A DNA stretch of 64,000 nt. It comes from an uncultured Acidobacteriota bacterium (GTDB lineage: Bacteria > Acidobacteriota > Vicinamibacteria > Vicinamibacterales > 2-12-FULL-66-21). This document shows positions 19,885 through 29,998 of this stretch, piece after piece. The stretch is from the NCBI GenBank assembly GCA_963817635.1, contig CAWFPR010000020.1, positions 54,866-118,865 of the forward strand. Reading direction: 5' to 3'. A model generated the notes under the pieces. It saw nothing but the letters and a program-made list of their open reading frames with translations. It did not search any database and was not told where the DNA came from. Made by a program: the position numbers and the translations under genes. The stretch's first letter is position 1. Each line of letters begins with the position of its first letter.

Positions 19885-22215
19885 ATGCGGACCCGCAACA
19901 TGTCGACCCGCCTCGACCTTGCTCGCATCCGCCCACTGCTGATCGCGATGGCCTCCTGCGTGCTGGCCGGCTGTAGCGGCGCCCCGGGGGATTCCGCCCG
20001 ATCGCCGGCCACCGTCGAACCGCCGGTGGTCACCGCTGCGGGAATCGCGCCGCCGCCATCGGTGCCGATGACCGACTTCGCCGAGTCGTTGCGCGGCGTG
20101 CCCGTGCCCGACCCGCTGCGGTCGCTCGAGGATGTCTCCAGTCCAGCGACACGGGAGTTCGTGGCCGCTCAGCGGGCGTATGCCGATTCGGTGGTGGGTC
20201 GGCTCGTCGGACTCGAATCGCTGCAGGCTCGGGTGGAGCGTGCGTATCAGGACGCGCCAACCCTCGGTACCGTGACTTCGACCGCGGGCGGCCTGTTGCT
20301 CACGCGTTGGCTGGGACCGGCGCCCTCGCTGTTCGCACTCGATACCGGCACCACCACCGAGCGCTTGGTGCTGGATGCCGGCAGCCTGGCAAAGCAGTTG
20401 AACGGCGCTCGAATTCGCGTGGTGATGCCCAACGGGGACGCCACGCGAATCGCGATCGGCACCACCGAACAGGGTGATTCAAACGCCGGGATTGCCGTGC
20501 TCGATGCGGCGACGGGCGCTCTGCTTCCCGATCGGGTGCCCGATCTGCTGACCACCACCAGCGGCACGCGCTACCAGGTGAGCTGGCTGCCTGATGGCAG
20601 CGGCTTCTTCTATCCGCGGCTGTGGCCGGAGAGCGCGACGGGGCCGTCGGCCGACCGGCTCGCTCGCGGTCGCCAGTTCCTGCACGTGTTGGGTACACCA
20701 CAGGCGGCCGATGTGCCGGTGTTCGGTTTCGAGGTGAGCCCGTCGATCACGGTGAACAAGGCCGACCTGCCGACCCGGGTGTACACCGCACCGGGGTCGG
20801 CGTGGCTGGTCGCGACGCTCTACCGCTCCAGGGAAAGCGGCACCGACTTCTACTTTGCGCCGCTTGCGCTCGCGCGGCACACCCCCCTCGCGCCTGCACC
20901 GGAATGGCGCCCGCTGGCGAGTCCGGCCGACAACCTGAGTCAGCCGCAGCTGCGCGGCAACACGGTCTATGCGCTGTCGCGCGCCACCGCCGATCGCGGG
21001 ACGATCGTGCGCCGCGACCTTCGTGCCGATGGGGCCGGCGAATGGGTCACCGTGGTGCCTGAGCAGCGCGGCGTGATCATCGCGTTCACGGTCCAGAAGG
21101 ATGCGCTCTACTTCACCGAGCGGGACGCCGGCGCGGTAGCGCTCCGCCGGTTGCCGCATGGACCGTCCGCCGATGGGTGGTGGGCAATCGGCAGCGCCTC
21201 CATCGACACGGTGCCGCTGGAATCGCCCGGAACGGTGCGGCTGCAGGCGGGCGTGCCGGAAGAATCGGGTGTGATGTTCTCGACGGAATCGTGGGCCACC
21301 CCGCCGCGTTGGCAACGCGTGGTGGATGGCGGCAAGGTCGAGACATTGCCGATCGATGATGGCCGCGCGTCGTCCTCCGACGGCGACGTCACGGCGGCGC
21401 GGCTCGAAGCACCATCGAGCGACGGCACTCTGGTGCCCGTATCGATCGTGTACGGCGCGAACGCGCTGCGCAACGGTGTGCTCGATGGGACCGCACCGCT
21501 GTTCATCGACGCCTACGGCGGTTTCGGCGTGTCCACCGACCCCGCCTACAATCCGATCATGGCGCTCTGGACCTCGCTGGGCGGGGTGTACGCGTTCGCC
21601 CATGTGCGCGGTGGCGGCGAACTGGGCGAGGCGTGGCACACCGCGGCGATGCGCGAGCACAAGCAACGCAGCATCGACGACATGATCGGTGCGATCGAGG
21701 CGCTGATCGCCAGGCGCTACACGTCGGCTGGACGGGTGACGCTGATGGGCGTGTCGTTCGGCGCTGACATTGCCGGGCTGGTGATGGTCCAGCGCCCTGA
21801 CCTGCTCGGCGCGGTGCTGTTCGAAGTGGGGCAGCCGGATGAGATCCGTGGCGCGATGCTCGACCCGACCGCCGCTCGCAATATCTCCGAGATCGGCGAT
21901 CTCGACACGCCCGAGGGCGTCAAGATGCTGATGGCGGCATCGCCGTATCACCGGATTCCGGAAACGGTGGCCCTGCCGGCCGTGATCGTGCACAGCGCCG
22001 ACGACGACTACAACTTTGGAACGCAGATGCTGTCCGGTAAATACGTCGCGCGGCTGCAGGCGGCCAACAGCGGTAATCGACCGGTGGTGTGGCTGCACAC
22101 AGCGGGTGGACACCAGGAGTTGTTGAGCGTGTCGCCCGAGTGGGCCGCGAAGGCCCTGTCATTCGCCCTGTGGCAGTGCGGGGATCACGCCTACCAGCCG
22201 CCCCCGGCAGAATGA
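19885..22215 (+). CDS. prolyl oligopeptidase family lipoprotein (S9A)
   Basis: Lipobox VLAGC. N-terminal motif DPLRSLEDVSSPATREFVAAQRAY. The C-terminal hydrolase has GVSFGA (Ser), HSADDD and GGHQ. An alternative start at 19900 is possible. Confidence 0.8.
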   Translation: MRTRNMSTRLDLARIRPLLIAMASCVLAGCSGAPGDSARSPATVEPPVVTAAGIAPPPSVPMTDFAESLRGVPVPDPLRSLEDVSSPATREFVAAQRAYADSVVGRLVGLESLQARVERAYQDAPTLGTVTSTAGGLLLTRWLGPAPSLFALDTGTTTERLVLDAGSLAKQLNGARIRVVMPNGDATRIAIGTTEQGDSNAGIAVLDAATGALLPDRVPDLLTTTSGTRYQVSWLPDGSGFFYPRLWPESATGPSADRLARGRQFLHVLGTPQAADVPVFGFEVSPSITVNKADLPTRVYTAPGSAWLVATLYRSRESGTDFYFAPLALARHTPLAPAPEWRPLASPADNLSQPQLRGNTVYALSRATADRGTIVRRDLRADGAGEWVTVVPEQRGVIIAFTVQKDALYFTERDAGAVALRRLPHGPSADGWWAIGSASIDTVPLESPGTVRLQAGVPEESGVMFSTESWATPPRWQRVVDGGKVETLPIDDGRASSSDGDVTAARLEAPSSDGTLVPVSIVYGANALRNGVLDGTAPLFIDAYGGFGVSTDPAYNPIMALWTSLGGVYAFAHVRGGGELGEAWHTAAMREHKQRSIDDMIGAIEALIARRYTSAGRVTLMGVSFGADIAGLVMVQRPDLLGAVLFEVGQPDEIRGAMLDPTAARNISEIGDLDTPEGVKMLMAASPYHRIPETVALPAVIVHSADDDYNFGTQMLSGKYVARLQAANSGNRPVVWLHTAGGHQELLSVSPEWAAKALSFALWQCGDHAYQPPPAE

Positions 22216-22264
22216 TCCTCGCGATGCGCACCGGTGACGAGGAGCGCGAGTCGGCAGAGGTTCG

Positions 22265-22360
22265 CTGATTCCTCGTCCGGTCATGCCTCCCGGTGATGGC
22301 GACATCCTGGCCATCCCTGAGGTCGGAGGCCTCCATCACCGGTACGAGCGGGCGGCCTGA
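22265..22360 (+). pseudogene. 3'-terminal remnant of an rve/DDE integrase of the same family as 26460-27482
   Basis: The frame reads LIPRPVMPPGDGDILAIPEVGGLHHRYERAA*, compared with ...SADGRVIAIPQVGGLHHRYERQAA* at the end of the intact copy. Confidence 0.55.
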
Positions 22361-22536
22361 AGGCCCGTCGCATCACCGCCTCAAGGCGGTTACCCTCGCC
22401 TCTGTGCCCTCTTTCACCGCGAGCGGGGCGACGTGTACGACGACATCGGGGTCTGCCAACGGGCGCAACGTATGGACGGCGCGCTCAGCGTTCAGATCGC
22501 CGGACGGAATGGGCTCATCGGCGGTTAGATTGCCTT

Positions 22537-22938
22537 CTATTTCGAGGGCGCGGATTCACCTACAGCTTCATCTGCAGTATCGGCGTCTGCATCAGCTTTG
22601 GTTGCATGAACGCGGCCGTCGATGTGATTGGGTGGAGCGTAGACGGTGTAGATTGTGAGAGGCTCAGTACCGGTGTTGCGGAAATTGTGCTCAGTGCCTG
22701 GAACAACAACCACAACGTCGCCGGGGCCTATTGGGAATTTCCTACCATCTAGCTCCCCTTCTCCGGTTCCCGAGAGAAAGAACAGGGATTGTTCGGTGTA
22801 CTTGTGTGTTTCCTGGCCGACTTCTCCTCCGGGCGGGATACTCATTACGACCAGTTGGCTATTCCTGCCAGTGAATAAAACGCGGCGGAACTTTTCGTTT
22901 TCACGGGCGGCTTTGATGATGTTGGTGTGGTAGCTCAT
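22537..22938 (-). CDS. cupin domain protein
   Basis: Cupin motifs are present (PPGGEVGQETHKYTEQSLFFLSG...GDVVVVVPGTEHNFRNTG). The region is visibly less GC-rich than its surroundings. The ORF also extends to 23037, which would add a TM-like leader. Confidence 0.75.
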   Translation of the reverse strand: MSYHTNIIKAARENEKFRRVLFTGRNSQLVVMSIPPGGEVGQETHKYTEQSLFFLSGTGEGELDGRKFPIGPGDVVVVVPGTEHNFRNTGTEPLTIYTVYAPPNHIDGRVHATKADADADTADEAVGESAPSK

Positions 22939-23196
22939 GTTATTTGGCCGTTTTTTCAGAATAACCAGGATGAGTAGAGAAAGCCCGGAGAGACCAGCTG
23001 CTACACCGGACGTCACGCGCGACGCCAAGAGTTTCATCGCGGCGATCCGGACGCGCCTCTTCTGTAGCCTCCGACGGAGGTGACGGCGCTGAAACCAACG
23101 ATCAGCGCCGTCACGCCCTCGGACTAACCGTATCGACGTTGAGATCCTTCGTGCTCAGATCGTCCGTGGTCATGAGCGCGCGTTCCGCGAGGGTGG

Positions 23197-23352
23197 CTAT
23201 GCCCGGCTGCCCAGTCTGCCTGTCAAGAGCATGATGATCAGCACGAGCAGAATCAGTCCACCAAGACTGCCCCCGATAAGTGGACCACCCAGGTAAAACC
23301 CGCCCCCGCCGAACAGCAACAGCAGGACGATCAGCAAGACTACGATGTTCAT
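23197..23352 (-). CDS. small Gly-rich membrane protein (51 aa, DUF3309-like)
   Basis: Not in the ORF track because it is under 60 aa. ATG with a GGAGG Shine-Dalgarno. Translation: MNIVVLLIVLLLLFGGGGFYLGGPLIGGSLGGLILLVLIIMLLTGRLGSRA. Confidence 0.5.
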   Translation of the reverse strand: MNIVVLLIVLLLLFGGGGFYLGGPLIGGSLGGLILLVLIIMLLTGRLGSRA

Positions 23353-23803
23353 CGCATACCTCCAGGCTCCACGGCAACACGACCGATTGAGGTTTCTCTC
23401 CAGCCTAGAGTGCTCTCACCGTGTGAAGGACGCTCTCTAGTCGTTCGTCGAGCATAATCGGCTCCTCGCGTCGGGAGACATCGATAACCCTCGATCTCAA
23501 CTGTGACGATATCGCGGGGATTCTGGTAGATGCTGTTCCCAATTGCACACGGCCATCGCCGAGACTCGGCCGATGGGGCGCTCGGCGGCATCCTCAACTG
23601 AGCGTTCGGTGCTCGCGCGATGGCCGCCGAGCGCCTGTAGGGCGTACGAACCCACGCCCAAAAATAGATCTGGATGCGAGATCGGTGGAAACGAAGCCGG
23701 GTACGAACTCAATGAGGCAGTCGGGTAACGTTCTGAGGCGAGGCGACACGGGCGGCAAACATGATTGCCGCCGCGCAGCCGCCGATGGTACTATCCGCCT
23801 CTT

Positions 23804-24766
23804 ATGAAAAGCCTATGGCGCGTCGTCGTCTGGACCGCGGTACTCGCCCTCTTCGCCATTGTCTTCTTCATCGTCCGGTCCAACTTCAGGACGGCTGGCT
23901 TCCAGAGCGCGGTGCGGGCGGGAGATTCGGCGGAGGTCACGCGCCTGCTCGCGAAGCAGCCCGACCTGCTCAACGACCACGTGATGCCGCAAGGGAGCCG
24001 CTCGACCAACGGCCGGATCCGCTGGCGCGGCCGCCGGCCGATGCACGAACTGATATCGAGCAGGAGCAGCGATCCGGTCCCCACTGCCGACGCCATGCTC
24101 GCTGCGGGCCTGAATCTCGACGACCGCCTCAATGGCGAGTCGTACCTCCACATCGCCGCCGAGTCCGGTGATCTGGCGATGATGGCCTGGCTGCTCGACA
24201 AGGGCGTGGACGTCAACGTCCGCAACGGCTGCCAGCATCCGGAGGAAGCGCTGTGTTCCTCGGGCCAGTTTGTCGACTGGCAGCCCTTCGATCGGCGACG
24301 CGCCGGCGGCACGGCGTGCACCGGCTGCGACCGCGAGGGCCAGACGCCGCTGTACGCGGCGCAGCGTTCGAGCCGCGCCTACGAGGGGAGCCGTCTGCTG
24401 CTGGAACGCGGCGCCGACATCCAGGCCGTGGACGCCGCCGGCCACACCGTGCTGCACGTCGCGGCGCTGGAGGGGCGCGAGAGCGAGGATGCGCGTCTGC
24501 TCTGCGGCTTCGGCGCCGACCCCGGCGTCCGCGACACGAGCGGCAAGCTGGCGGTCGATCTGGCGCGCGAGGCCGAAGCTGGCAACACGGTGGACCGCTT
24601 CTCGCAGACCGGCCCCGGTGAACTCGCCGGCTGGCTCGCCCCGGGCGGCGGCTGCGCCGCGCTCGCCGCCCGTGCCCGTTCCGGCGCGCCGGTGCCAGAC
24701 GCCGAGGTCGATGCGGCGTGGCGCGACTATGTGTGCACTCGCGACGCGAAATACTGCGCCAGGTAA
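23804..24766 (+). CDS. membrane-anchored ankyrin-repeat protein
   Basis: N-terminal TM helix (VVVWTAVLALFAIVFFIV), then ankyrin units (ESYLHIAAESGDLAMMAWLLDKGVDVN; GQTPLYAA...LLLERGADIQAVDAAGHTVLHVAA). Confidence 0.8.
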   Translation: MKSLWRVVVWTAVLALFAIVFFIVRSNFRTAGFQSAVRAGDSAEVTRLLAKQPDLLNDHVMPQGSRSTNGRIRWRGRRPMHELISSRSSDPVPTADAMLAAGLNLDDRLNGESYLHIAAESGDLAMMAWLLDKGVDVNVRNGCQHPEEALCSSGQFVDWQPFDRRRAGGTACTGCDREGQTPLYAAQRSSRAYEGSRLLLERGADIQAVDAAGHTVLHVAALEGRESEDARLLCGFGADPGVRDTSGKLAVDLAREAEAGNTVDRFSQTGPGELAGWLAPGGGCAALAARARSGAPVPDAEVDAAWRDYVCTRDAKYCAR

Positions 24767-25333
24767 TCGGCACAATCAACCCACCACGTGCGCATCTCCC
24801 GCAAGGTGGTCCGGCGCAGCTTTTGACCAGGATCGGCAGATGTGGACGTTTGCGGTGCCGACCATGGCCCTGAGGTCCGGTGCCCGACGTCCGCGGGAAC
24901 GTCGACGACGGGACGACTGGCATCACGCTGATCGAGGCGGCCGGCGACGACCTCTGCTGCGTGACGGCAGATGCCGCCGACGGGTACGGCCGCCGTGCCT
25001 CGACTATGTGGCCAGGATCGAATGGGCACCATGGAACGACGGGAAGTCATGGAGGCTGATGTATGCCCTTTATCGCCGTGAATGCGTCCATCGGTCCAAA
25101 CTTCCAAAGCCTGTGAAAGAAGCTGAGCGGCGACCGTTACTTGAGATGCCGATCGAAGTTCAACGTCACGCTCATCACTGTCTTTCACAACTCGTCGCTG
25201 CAGCGGGCGGAGAGTGGCAGCTGCTCAGAAGGATGATGTTCATGACACACCGTGCCCGCGAAAAGAAGATTTTCGGCACTGAATAGAAGTGAAGGAGGAG
25301 GAAGACGAGTCTAAACGGGTCGCCGCGAGCGCG

Positions 25334-25978
25334 TTACCGTCCCACCACTAAGTGCATCGCCGCCTCGGTGGAGACGTGCTCCTTCACTCTGTAGCCGAGC
25401 GCCGGAAGGTCGATGCCTTCGAGCAGGGGCTCGCCTTGTCCGAGCAGGATCGGCGAGATGGCGAGGTGTATCTCGTCAAGTAGTCCGGCCCGCAGATACT
25501 GGCGGATGGTGGCTGCTCCGCCGCCGATTCGCACATCCTTACCTCGAGCGGCCGACCGCGCCTGGCCCAGCGCCGCCTCGATCCCCTCGGTGACGAAATG
25601 GAAGACGGAGCCGCCCTCCATCTCCAGGGGCGGGCGCGCATGGTGGGTCAGGACGAAGACCGGCACATGGTACGGTGGATTGGCTCCCCACCAGCCTTTC
25701 CACTCATAGTCCGGCCAGGGTCCGCGCACCGGTCCGAACATGTTGCGGCCCATGATCCAGGCGCCGAGATTCTCGAACGAGCGTGTCGCGAAGTCGTTGT
25801 CGATGCCGGTCGTCCCGCCGTCTCGCCTCTGGACGTCCCGCTGGAAGATGCGGGTTGGACGGAACCACTGGTGCAGTTGTTCGCCGCCGCGGCCCAGCGG
25901 TTGGTCACGGCCCTGGTTGGGGCCGGCGCCGAAGCCGTCGGCCGACACGCTAAAGGCGTTCACGCGAAGTTTGGACAC
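25334..25978 (-). CDS. dihydrofolate-reductase-like (RibD C-terminal domain) protein
   Basis: GTG start 6 nt after AAGGAG. VSKLRVNAFSVSADGF...MGRNMF...VFVLTHH...IGGGAATIRQYLRAGLLDEIHLAISPILLG is typical of this family. Confidence 0.8.
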   Translation of the reverse strand: MSKLRVNAFSVSADGFGAGPNQGRDQPLGRGGEQLHQWFRPTRIFQRDVQRRDGGTTGIDNDFATRSFENLGAWIMGRNMFGPVRGPWPDYEWKGWWGANPPYHVPVFVLTHHARPPLEMEGGSVFHFVTEGIEAALGQARSAARGKDVRIGGGAATIRQYLRAGLLDEIHLAISPILLGQGEPLLEGIDLPALGYRVKEHVSTEAAMHLVVGR

Positions 25979-26293
25979 GGGCGTCTCCTTGACTGTCGCC
26001 GCATGGAACTCTTGAATCGTGATGTCACACCGGTGGTGCGGCATTGTCACGCGACCATAGGGCTGCCGGCAATGCAGATCCGAATCCTGCCAGGCTGATG
26101 AACGTGCGAGCGGCGTGAAGGCCTCCCATCGATTGCGAATGCTCGACCAGTCTGACGGCTGCATGTCGACCGTCCAGCGGGCGCTGTTCAGGCCGTGGAT
26201 GACACTGCAAGATCAACAATTGAGCGGCAATCACTTTCTGGCCCGCCTCTCGCACGACGCCAGCAACCTACTGGTTTTGTTGAGTTTGCGGAG

Positions 26294-26338
26294 CTGGCTC
26301 CTCGGGCTGGACTCGAACCAGCAACTCTCCGGTTAACA
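26294..26338 (-). repeat. att-like copy A of the tRNA-Asn 3' half (44/45 identical)
   Basis: TGGCTCCTCGGGCTGGACTCGAACCAGCAACTCTCCGGTTAACAG. It has a single mismatch (26325) relative to 35363-35407. Confidence 0.9.
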
Positions 26339-26459
26339 GGTTGATGCAGGCGTAGGTTCTCGGTGGTTCTTCGTTGGTTTAGCCTGTGCCTGCTGAAAAC
26401 TCCGTTCTGGTGGTGGCAGTTGATGTTACGGTCGACGCTCGATACGCTTCTGAATCACG

Positions 26460-27482
26460 ATGGCAGTGTTCTTGTCTCTCTTCCTGAGCCTTCGCACCTG
26501 GGCGCGGTCGCGCGCCGCGCTCCAACTCGAGGTCCTGGCGCTACGCCACCAGCTGCAGGTGTTGCAACGTACGCGGCCCCGGCGGGTGCGACTCTCGACG
26601 TCTGATCGGTCGCTGTGGGTCCTGCTCTCGCGCTACTGGGCCGATTGGCGAACAACCCTGACGATCGTCAGACCGGAAACGGTCGTCGCCTGGCACCGGG
26701 AAGGCGTTCGACTCTGGTGGACGTGGAAAAGTCGGCGCCGGATAGGCCGGCCGCCCGTGCCGGCAGACCTCCGCATGCTGATCCGCACGATGTCGCAGTC
26801 GAATCCTCGCTGGGGCGCACCACGCATTCATGGCGAGCTGCTGAAACTTGGCCTCGACATCTCGCAGGCGACCGTGGCGAAATACATGGTTCGGCAGCGT
26901 CGGCCTCCCTCGCAAACCTGGCGCACGTTCCTCCGCAACCATGTCGGCCAGATTGTGGCGGCTGACTTTTTCGTGGTCCCGACCGCGACCTGCCGCCTGC
27001 TGTTCGTCCTCGTTCTCCTCGCTCACGACCGGCGACGGATCAAGCACGTCGCGGTCACCGCGCATCCGACGGCCGCCTGGACCGCGCAACAGCTGCGGGA
27101 GGCCTTTCCCTGCGACGAGGCGCCCCGATATCTCATTCATGATCGCGATCATGCCTTCGATCACCTGGGCGTCACCGCGCAAGGCATGGGCATTGAGGAG
27201 CTGCTCACCGCACCCCGTTCACCTTGGCAAAATGCCTTCGCCGAGCGCTGGATCGGATCCATCCGGCGGGAATGTCTCGATCACGTCATCGTCCTCAACG
27301 CCCGCGGCCTGCATCACATCGTCACGGCCTACGTCGACTACTACGAACGATCCCGAACGCATCTCTCCCTGAACAAGGACGCACCCGTCCCGCGCGCAAC
27401 CGCCACATCGGCTGACGGTCGCGTGATCGCGATCCCGCAGGTCGGCGGACTGCATCACCGGTACGAACGGCAGGCGGCCTGA
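26460..27482 (+). CDS. DDE (rve/integrase-core) transposase, IS481/IS3-like single-ORF type
   Basis: N-terminal LEVLALRHQLQVLQR and an HTH, then catalytic D (VAADFFVV), D (LIHDRDHAF) and E (QNAFAERWIGSIRRE). Terminal inverted repeats could not be defined by eye. Confidence 0.85.
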   Translation: MAVFLSLFLSLRTWARSRAALQLEVLALRHQLQVLQRTRPRRVRLSTSDRSLWVLLSRYWADWRTTLTIVRPETVVAWHREGVRLWWTWKSRRRIGRPPVPADLRMLIRTMSQSNPRWGAPRIHGELLKLGLDISQATVAKYMVRQRRPPSQTWRTFLRNHVGQIVAADFFVVPTATCRLLFVLVLLAHDRRRIKHVAVTAHPTAAWTAQQLREAFPCDEAPRYLIHDRDHAFDHLGVTAQGMGIEELLTAPRSPWQNAFAERWIGSIRRECLDHVIVLNARGLHHIVTAYVDYYERSRTHLSLNKDAPVPRATATSADGRVIAIPQVGGLHHRYERQAA

Positions 27483-27885
27483 CACCGACGGCTGGGATCC
27501 CAGACGAGCGAACCGTCGATCGCCGCCGATCCGCTTTCGATCACTCTCGTCGACGTACGCCGATTCACGATGAATTCCGACAGCGTTCCGTTCACCGCTC
27601 CACAAACCCCGGCATGCAGCTTACGAACACGCATCGAGCCAATCCGTAAATCGAAAAGAGCGGGTTTTTGGTAGGCACAGCAAGAAAAGGGCAACGTCGG
27701 GAGACCCGTCGGCTCACAGTTCCTGTGTTTGCTGGCACGGGTGCGGGCAGGCCCGAAAGAGATCCGCACCTCCTCGATCATCTTCTTGCGGTCGGCTGGG
27801 GTGAGCGCTCGCGGCCTCGAGCGCATTTCTGAATTGCTGGGAGCGCCACAAGGTCTGCGCCAGCAAGGCACGTCGCGCAATCCCG

Positions 27886-28263
27886 CTACGCCGCTGAACT
27901 GCGAAGGCTGTATGGACGAATCAACACCTCGGCTGAGATGCCAAGGCCTTCGTGCAGCTTGCGGATCATGTCGATGGTGAGCAGGCGACGCCGATTGAGA
28001 ACCTCGGCGACGCGAGCACGACTGCCAAGGAACGGCTCCAGATCCCGGCGAGTCAGCCCGCGGCTTTCCATGTGGTAGAGCAGCGCATCGATCGGGTCTG
28101 GCGGCTCGATTGGTTCGCGCTGCGACTCGTAGTGGTCGACGAGTGTGGTCAGGATCTCAAGCCGGTCACCAGCCGGCGTGCCCGGCTTGGCATCCATCAG
28201 ACGCTCGATTTCCTTGAGCGCGGCACGGTGATCAGCCTTGGTCTTGATTGGGCGAATCTGCAT
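27886..28263 (-). CDS. higA: HigA-type XRE-family antitoxin
   Basis: MQIRPIKTKADHRAALKEIERLMDAKPGTPAGDRLEILTTLVDHYE followed by an HTH (LTRRDLEPFLGSRARVAEVLNRRRLLTIDMIRKLHEGLGI). It lies 8 nt downstream of higB. Confidence 0.85.
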   Translation of the reverse strand: MQIRPIKTKADHRAALKEIERLMDAKPGTPAGDRLEILTTLVDHYESQREPIEPPDPIDALLYHMESRGLTRRDLEPFLGSRARVAEVLNRRRLLTIDMIRKLHEGLGISAEVLIRPYSLRSSAA

Positions 28264-28271
28264 GGAACACC

Positions 28272-28565
28272 TCACACCGTCGCGACATCGATTCGATCGT
28301 ACGCCTGGTGCGTGCCGACGAACCGGATGTAGCACATCCGATACGGATAATTCACGGCGACGACCAGCCTGTACTTGTTCCCGCCGATGTTGAAGATGAC
28401 CCGGTTCTCGCCGACGATGCTTGCGTTGGCGTAGACGCGCTTCACGTCTGCCGGAGAGCCCCAATCGGCCCGACGGACATCGTCGAACCACGCTCGCAAG
28501 GGCTGCTCGGCGTCCGCATGTTTCTCCCAGAACTCTCGCAGCGCACGCCTGGCAACGATACGCAC
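28272..28565 (-). CDS. higB: HigB-type toxin (mRNA interferase)
   Basis: (V)RIVARRALREFWEKHADAEQPLRAWFDDVRRADWGSPADVKRVYANASIVGENRVIFNIGGNKYRLVVAVNY matches the HigB toxin family. GTG start at 28565, with an alternative ATG at 28592. Confidence 0.85.
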   Translation of the reverse strand: MRIVARRALREFWEKHADAEQPLRAWFDDVRRADWGSPADVKRVYANASIVGENRVIFNIGGNKYRLVVAVNYPYRMCYIRFVGTHQAYDRIDVATV

Positions 28566-29108
28566 TTCAAGCCAGTATAGGGATGCTCCCACCTTGGGAG
28601 CAAGCGGTATTGCACCGTCGCTGTGCGTGAGTGCGGCCGAGCCTTCAGGGGCGCGCGACTCGGATATCAGTCGGCCTTGCGGGAGTTGCGAGGCTGAATG
28701 ACGGCGGATGTTTCGCGGCGGTCAGCGCAATTCGTAAGGCTGCGGACCTGCAGGAGGCGCTCGCCGTTGCGAGGACCCGGCCGGCACCTGTGCCAAGGTC
28801 CAGCGGCAGCTAGTCCGATCTCGTATGGACGTTCACCTGATCGCCCGTTCATGCGAGCTTTTCCTGCATTACGACTCGCGAGCATCCGGGTGTCTTTTCG
28901 CGTTTGCAGAACATCCGCCTGAAATGGGCTCGAAAAAAAGCAACGTGAAGAGACGGCGAAAGATTCGTCGTCCGCAAGTGATTGAAAGGATGGCTCGCCG
29001 CACTGGACGATTTCCGCAACTGGATGCTCGGAGGTCCGCCTTCGCCCTGCGGGCTTCGGCGAGACATCTCGCCGTAGCGCACCAGAATTCACCGTGCGCG
29101 GAGGCGGA

Positions 29109-29153
29109 TGGCTCCTCGGGCTGGACTCGAACCAGCAACCCTCCGGTTAACAG
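29109..29153 (-). repeat. att-like copy B of the tRNA-Asn 3' half (45/45)
   Basis: Identical to 35363-35407. It diverges from the tRNA at the next base (G instead of C). Confidence 0.9.
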
Positions 29154-29381
29154 GCGGAACAAGAAGCGGTAGCCGCCCGTTGCCGGGTTGTGCTGGCTGC
29201 TGCGCTCTTGTGCGATGCCCCCTCCGAAACCTCGCGATTTTCGTCCTTCGCGTTGTGTCGGTCTTTGCCTGCGTTTGCGCCTCTTTGTTGCATCCAAAGG
29301 GCAAGAAAAGGGCAACGTACGAAGATAGGGCGGCTCACGCCTCCAGAGAGGCGGCGCGGGACCGCGCTCGTTGCGTGGGCC

Positions 29382-29768
29382 CTACCAAGGTGGCGCGGTC
29401 CGAAGGCGAACGCGGACGACCTCCTCCCGACGCTCAGCCACGAGGACGAATGGCGGCTCGGCCTCGCGGATGGCGCCCTCGATGGCGGCGAGCACATTGA
29501 GCACGAAATCGGACGAACGGTGGCCGGGCCGCAGGTAGACGATGCCGACGAACGCCGCGGCCAGGGCGAGCGAATCGCGGCCGAAGGCGAGGTCGTGCGT
29601 GATCACGACTCGATCCGTTGCGGTAGCGTGGGCGAGCACGTCGGCGTCAACGGCGCCAACGAGTTGTTCCTCGGCGGCAGAGCGGATGTCCCAACCTCGT
29701 TTGCGCAATCCGGCGACGACGGCAGGGCTGATGTTCTCGTCGGCCAGGACGCGCAGCGCCGTGGTCAT
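29382..29768 (-). CDS. DUF5615 (Mut7-C/PIN-like) putative toxin
   Basis: MTTALRVLADENISPAVVAGLRKRGWDIRSAAE...VITHDLAFG is typical of DUF5615. It has an ATGA overlap with the upstream DUF433 gene. Confidence 0.8.
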   Translation of the reverse strand: MTTALRVLADENISPAVVAGLRKRGWDIRSAAEEQLVGAVDADVLAHATATDRVVITHDLAFGRDSLALAAAFVGIVYLRPGHRSSDFVLNVLAAIEGAIREAEPPFVLVAERREEVVRVRLRTAPPW

Positions 29769-29998
29769 GCAGGAATCGTCAACTGCCACGTGCGCTCGGC
29801 CTTGAGCGCGTCCGCTGCGTAGCGAAACGCCGCCGCGAGCCCCTCCGGGGCGAGCTGAGGGTAGTCCGCCAGGATCTCGGCCTGCGTGGCACCACTCGCC
29901 GCAAGTTCCAGGAGGAACTCCACGCTCAATCGTGTTCCTCGGACACACGGTTTGCCGCCCAGGATGCCGGGGACGGAGACGATGAGATCGTCAGCCAT
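29765..29998 (-). CDS. DUF433 putative antitoxin
   Basis: MADDLIVSVPGILGGKPCVRGTRLSVEFLLELAASGATQAEILADYPQL contains the DUF433 signature GGKP.I.GTR..V.. Confidence 0.8.
   Translation of the reverse strand: MADDLIVSVPGILGGKPCVRGTRLSVEFLLELAASGATQAEILADYPQLAPEGLAAAFRYAADALKAERTWQLTIPA

Noticed and set aside
23111-23380. 89-aa ORF from the track
   Set aside because: The composition is implausible. A different frame on the same strand gives a Shine-Dalgarno-preceded 51-aa Gly-rich membrane peptide (23197-23352), which explains the region better.
24270-25286. 338-aa ORF downstream of and overlapping the ankyrin gene
   Set aside because: The first two thirds are an out-of-frame shadow of the ankyrin gene. 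The remainder (24770-25286) has no Shine-Dalgarno, no motif, and odd composition. It is left unannotated.
26345-27600. Terminal inverted repeats defining the IS around the DDE transposase
   Set aside because: Only short direct matches (AATCACGATG at about 26450 and ATTCACGATG at about 27559) were seen by eye, with no convincing inverted repeats or target duplication. The element boundaries are left undefined.
28869-29315. ORFs spanning the att copies (28869-29315, 30268-30702, 34841-35392), which share ...GGLLVRVQPEEPS...
   Set aside because: The shared peptide is simply the translated tRNA-Asn 3' half. The flanking similarity is non-coding arm sequence.
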